Source of the DNA: a phage
Sequence record: PZ509022.1
Reading direction: 5' to 3' (one strand)
Length of the DNA stretch: 64,000 bases
Below, piece by piece: positions 62,592-64,000 of this stretch (position 1 is its first letter; each line of letters starts with the position of its first letter). Below the pieces are notes generated by a model that was not told the origin of the DNA, did no database searches, and was given only the letters and a program-made list of their open reading frames with translations. A program made the translations under genes and the position numbers.

Positions 62592-63250
62592 TGAGTTTAC
62601 TTAATAATAAAGCGGGAGTTATTTCCCGCTTAGCCGATTTTCTTGGTTTTAGACCTAAAGCTGGTAATATAGATGTAATGAATCGTCAATCAGTTGGGTC
62701 AGTGACAATTTCTCAATTAGCGAAAGGTTTTTATGAACCAAACGTAGAATCAGCTATTAATGACGTTCATAATTTTTCTATAAAAGACGTTGGTACAATT
62801 ATTACTAATAAAACTGGTGTTTCTCCTGAGGGTGTTTCTCAAACTGATTATTGGGCATTTTCTGGAACTGTAACAGACGATTCTCTTCCTCCGGGTTCTC
62901 CTGTTACGGTATTAGTATTTGGTCTTCCAGTTTCAGCAACAACTGGAATGACGGCAATTGAGTTTGTTGCAAAAGTTCGTGTTGCCATTCAAGAAGCTAT
63001 TGCGTCATTTACTGCTATCAACTCATATAAAGACCATCCAACAGATGGTAGTAAATTAGAAGTTACTTATTTAGATAATCAAAAACATGTATTAAGCACA
63101 TATTCTACATATGGAATAACTATTTCACAGGAAATTATTTCTGAGTCTAAACCTGGCTACGGTACATGGAATTTATTAGGCGCACAAACGGTAACTTTAG
63201 ATAATCAGCAGACTCCTACAGTATTTTATCATTTTGAGAGAACAGCATGA
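62591..63250 (+). CDS. 11: baseplate protein gp11, short tail fibre attachment (219 aa)
   Basis: start at MSLLNNKAG overlapping gp10 stop (TAATG). Confidence 0.9.
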   Translation: MSLLNNKAGVISRLADFLGFRPKAGNIDVMNRQSVGSVTISQLAKGFYEPNVESAINDVHNFSIKDVGTIITNKTGVSPEGVSQTDYWAFSGTVTDDSLPPGSPVTVLVFGLPVSATTGMTAIEFVAKVRVAIQEAIASFTAINSYKDHPTDGSKLEVTYLDNQKHVLSTYSTYGITISQEIISESKPGYGTWNLLGAQTVTLDNQQTPTVFYHFERTA

Positions 63251-64000
63251 GTAATAATACATATCAACACGTTTCTAATGAATCTCGTTATGTAAAATTT
63301 GATCCAACTGGTACAAATTTTCCGGAAGAGATTACTGATGTTCAGGCTGCTATAGCAGCCATTTCTCCTGCTGGCGTAAATGGAGTTCCTGATGCATCGT
63401 CAACAACAAAGGGAATTTTATTTCTTGCCACTGAACAGGAAGTTATAGATGGAACTAATAATACCAAAGCAGTTACACCGGCAACGTTGGCAACAAGATT
63501 ATCATATCCAAATGCTACCGAAGAAGTTTATGGACTTACACGTTATTCAACAGACGATGAAGCTGTAGCTGGTGTTAATAATGAATCATCTATAACTCCG
63601 GCTAAATTTACTACAGCAATTAATCACATTTTTGATACACGAATTTCTTCTGAAAGTTCACTTGGCGTTATTAAGTTATCATCTCTACCGCAAGCATTAG
63701 CTGGTGCAGATGATACTACTGCAATGACTCCATTAAAAACGCAGCAGTTAGCTATTAAATTAATTGCGCAAATTGCTCCTTCTGAAACCACAGCTACCGA
63801 ATCGGACCAAGGTGTTGTTCAATTAGCAACAGTAGCGCAGGTTCGTCAGGGAACTTTGAGAGAAGGCTATGCAATTTCTCCTTATACGCTAATGAATTCT
63901 ACTGCTACTGAAGAATATAAAGGCGTAATTAAATTAGGAACACAATCAGAAGTTAACTCGAATAATGCTTCTGTTGCTGTTACTGGTGCAACTCTTAATG
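63247..64000 (+). CDS. 12: short tail fibre gp12, 5' portion (runs off window end)
   Basis: [21 protein letters not shown]..., overlaps gp11 stop (ATGA); partial. Confidence 0.88.
   Translation, partial: MSNNTYQHVSNESRYVKFDPTGTNFPEEITDVQAAIAAISPAGVNGVPDASSTTKGILFLATEQEVIDGTNNTKAVTPATLATRLSYPNATEEVYGLTRYSTDDEAVAGVNNESSITPAKFTTAINHIFDTRISSESSLGVIKLSSLPQALAGADDTTAMTPLKTQQLAIKLIAQIAPSETTATESDQGVVQLATVAQVRQGTLREGYAISPYTLMNSTATEEYKGVIKLGTQSEVNSNNASVAVTGATLN

Overview
This window reads as a contiguous segment of a T4-type (Tevenvirinae, T-even-like) myovirus genome. Gene order and protein lengths match the T4 replication, recombination and nucleotide-metabolism block on the minus strand: DNA polymerase gp43, regA, clamp loader gp62/gp44, clamp gp45, rpbA, gp46/gp47, alpha-glucosyltransferase, gp55, nrdH/nrdG/nrdD, endonuclease VII, nrdC, rI, tk, regB, denV, lysozyme e, nudE, a tRNA island with segB, ipI, 57B/57A, gp1, gp3, gp2, gp4. 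The plus strand then carries the late baseplate cluster gp53, gp5, gp5.1, gp5.4, gp6 to gp11 and the start of gp12. All assignments are from reading the translations and motifs; no database search was run. Differences from what I recall of T4 itself: nrdD is uninterrupted with a Seg-like homing endonuclease gene abutting its start; the tRNA island holds 10 tRNAs (Tyr, Asn and His present, no Pro found); no ipII/ipIII between denV and e, but a capsid-targeting-sequence protein sits at another locus. Accessory stretches (about 20.6-32.4 kb and 39.8-43.4 kb) hold most of the unexplained content: a nucleotidyltransferase/membrane-protein cassette, four tandem coiled-coil-tailed proteins, three tandem 2-TM paralogs, a macro-domain protein and a GrcA-like glycyl-radical protein. 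I could not identify any single module as a demonstrably new system; these are the candidates. Small genes are packed between repeated T4-type early promoters (rc GTTTAC, 18 nt, TAtAAT-like) and UUCG-loop hairpin terminators.
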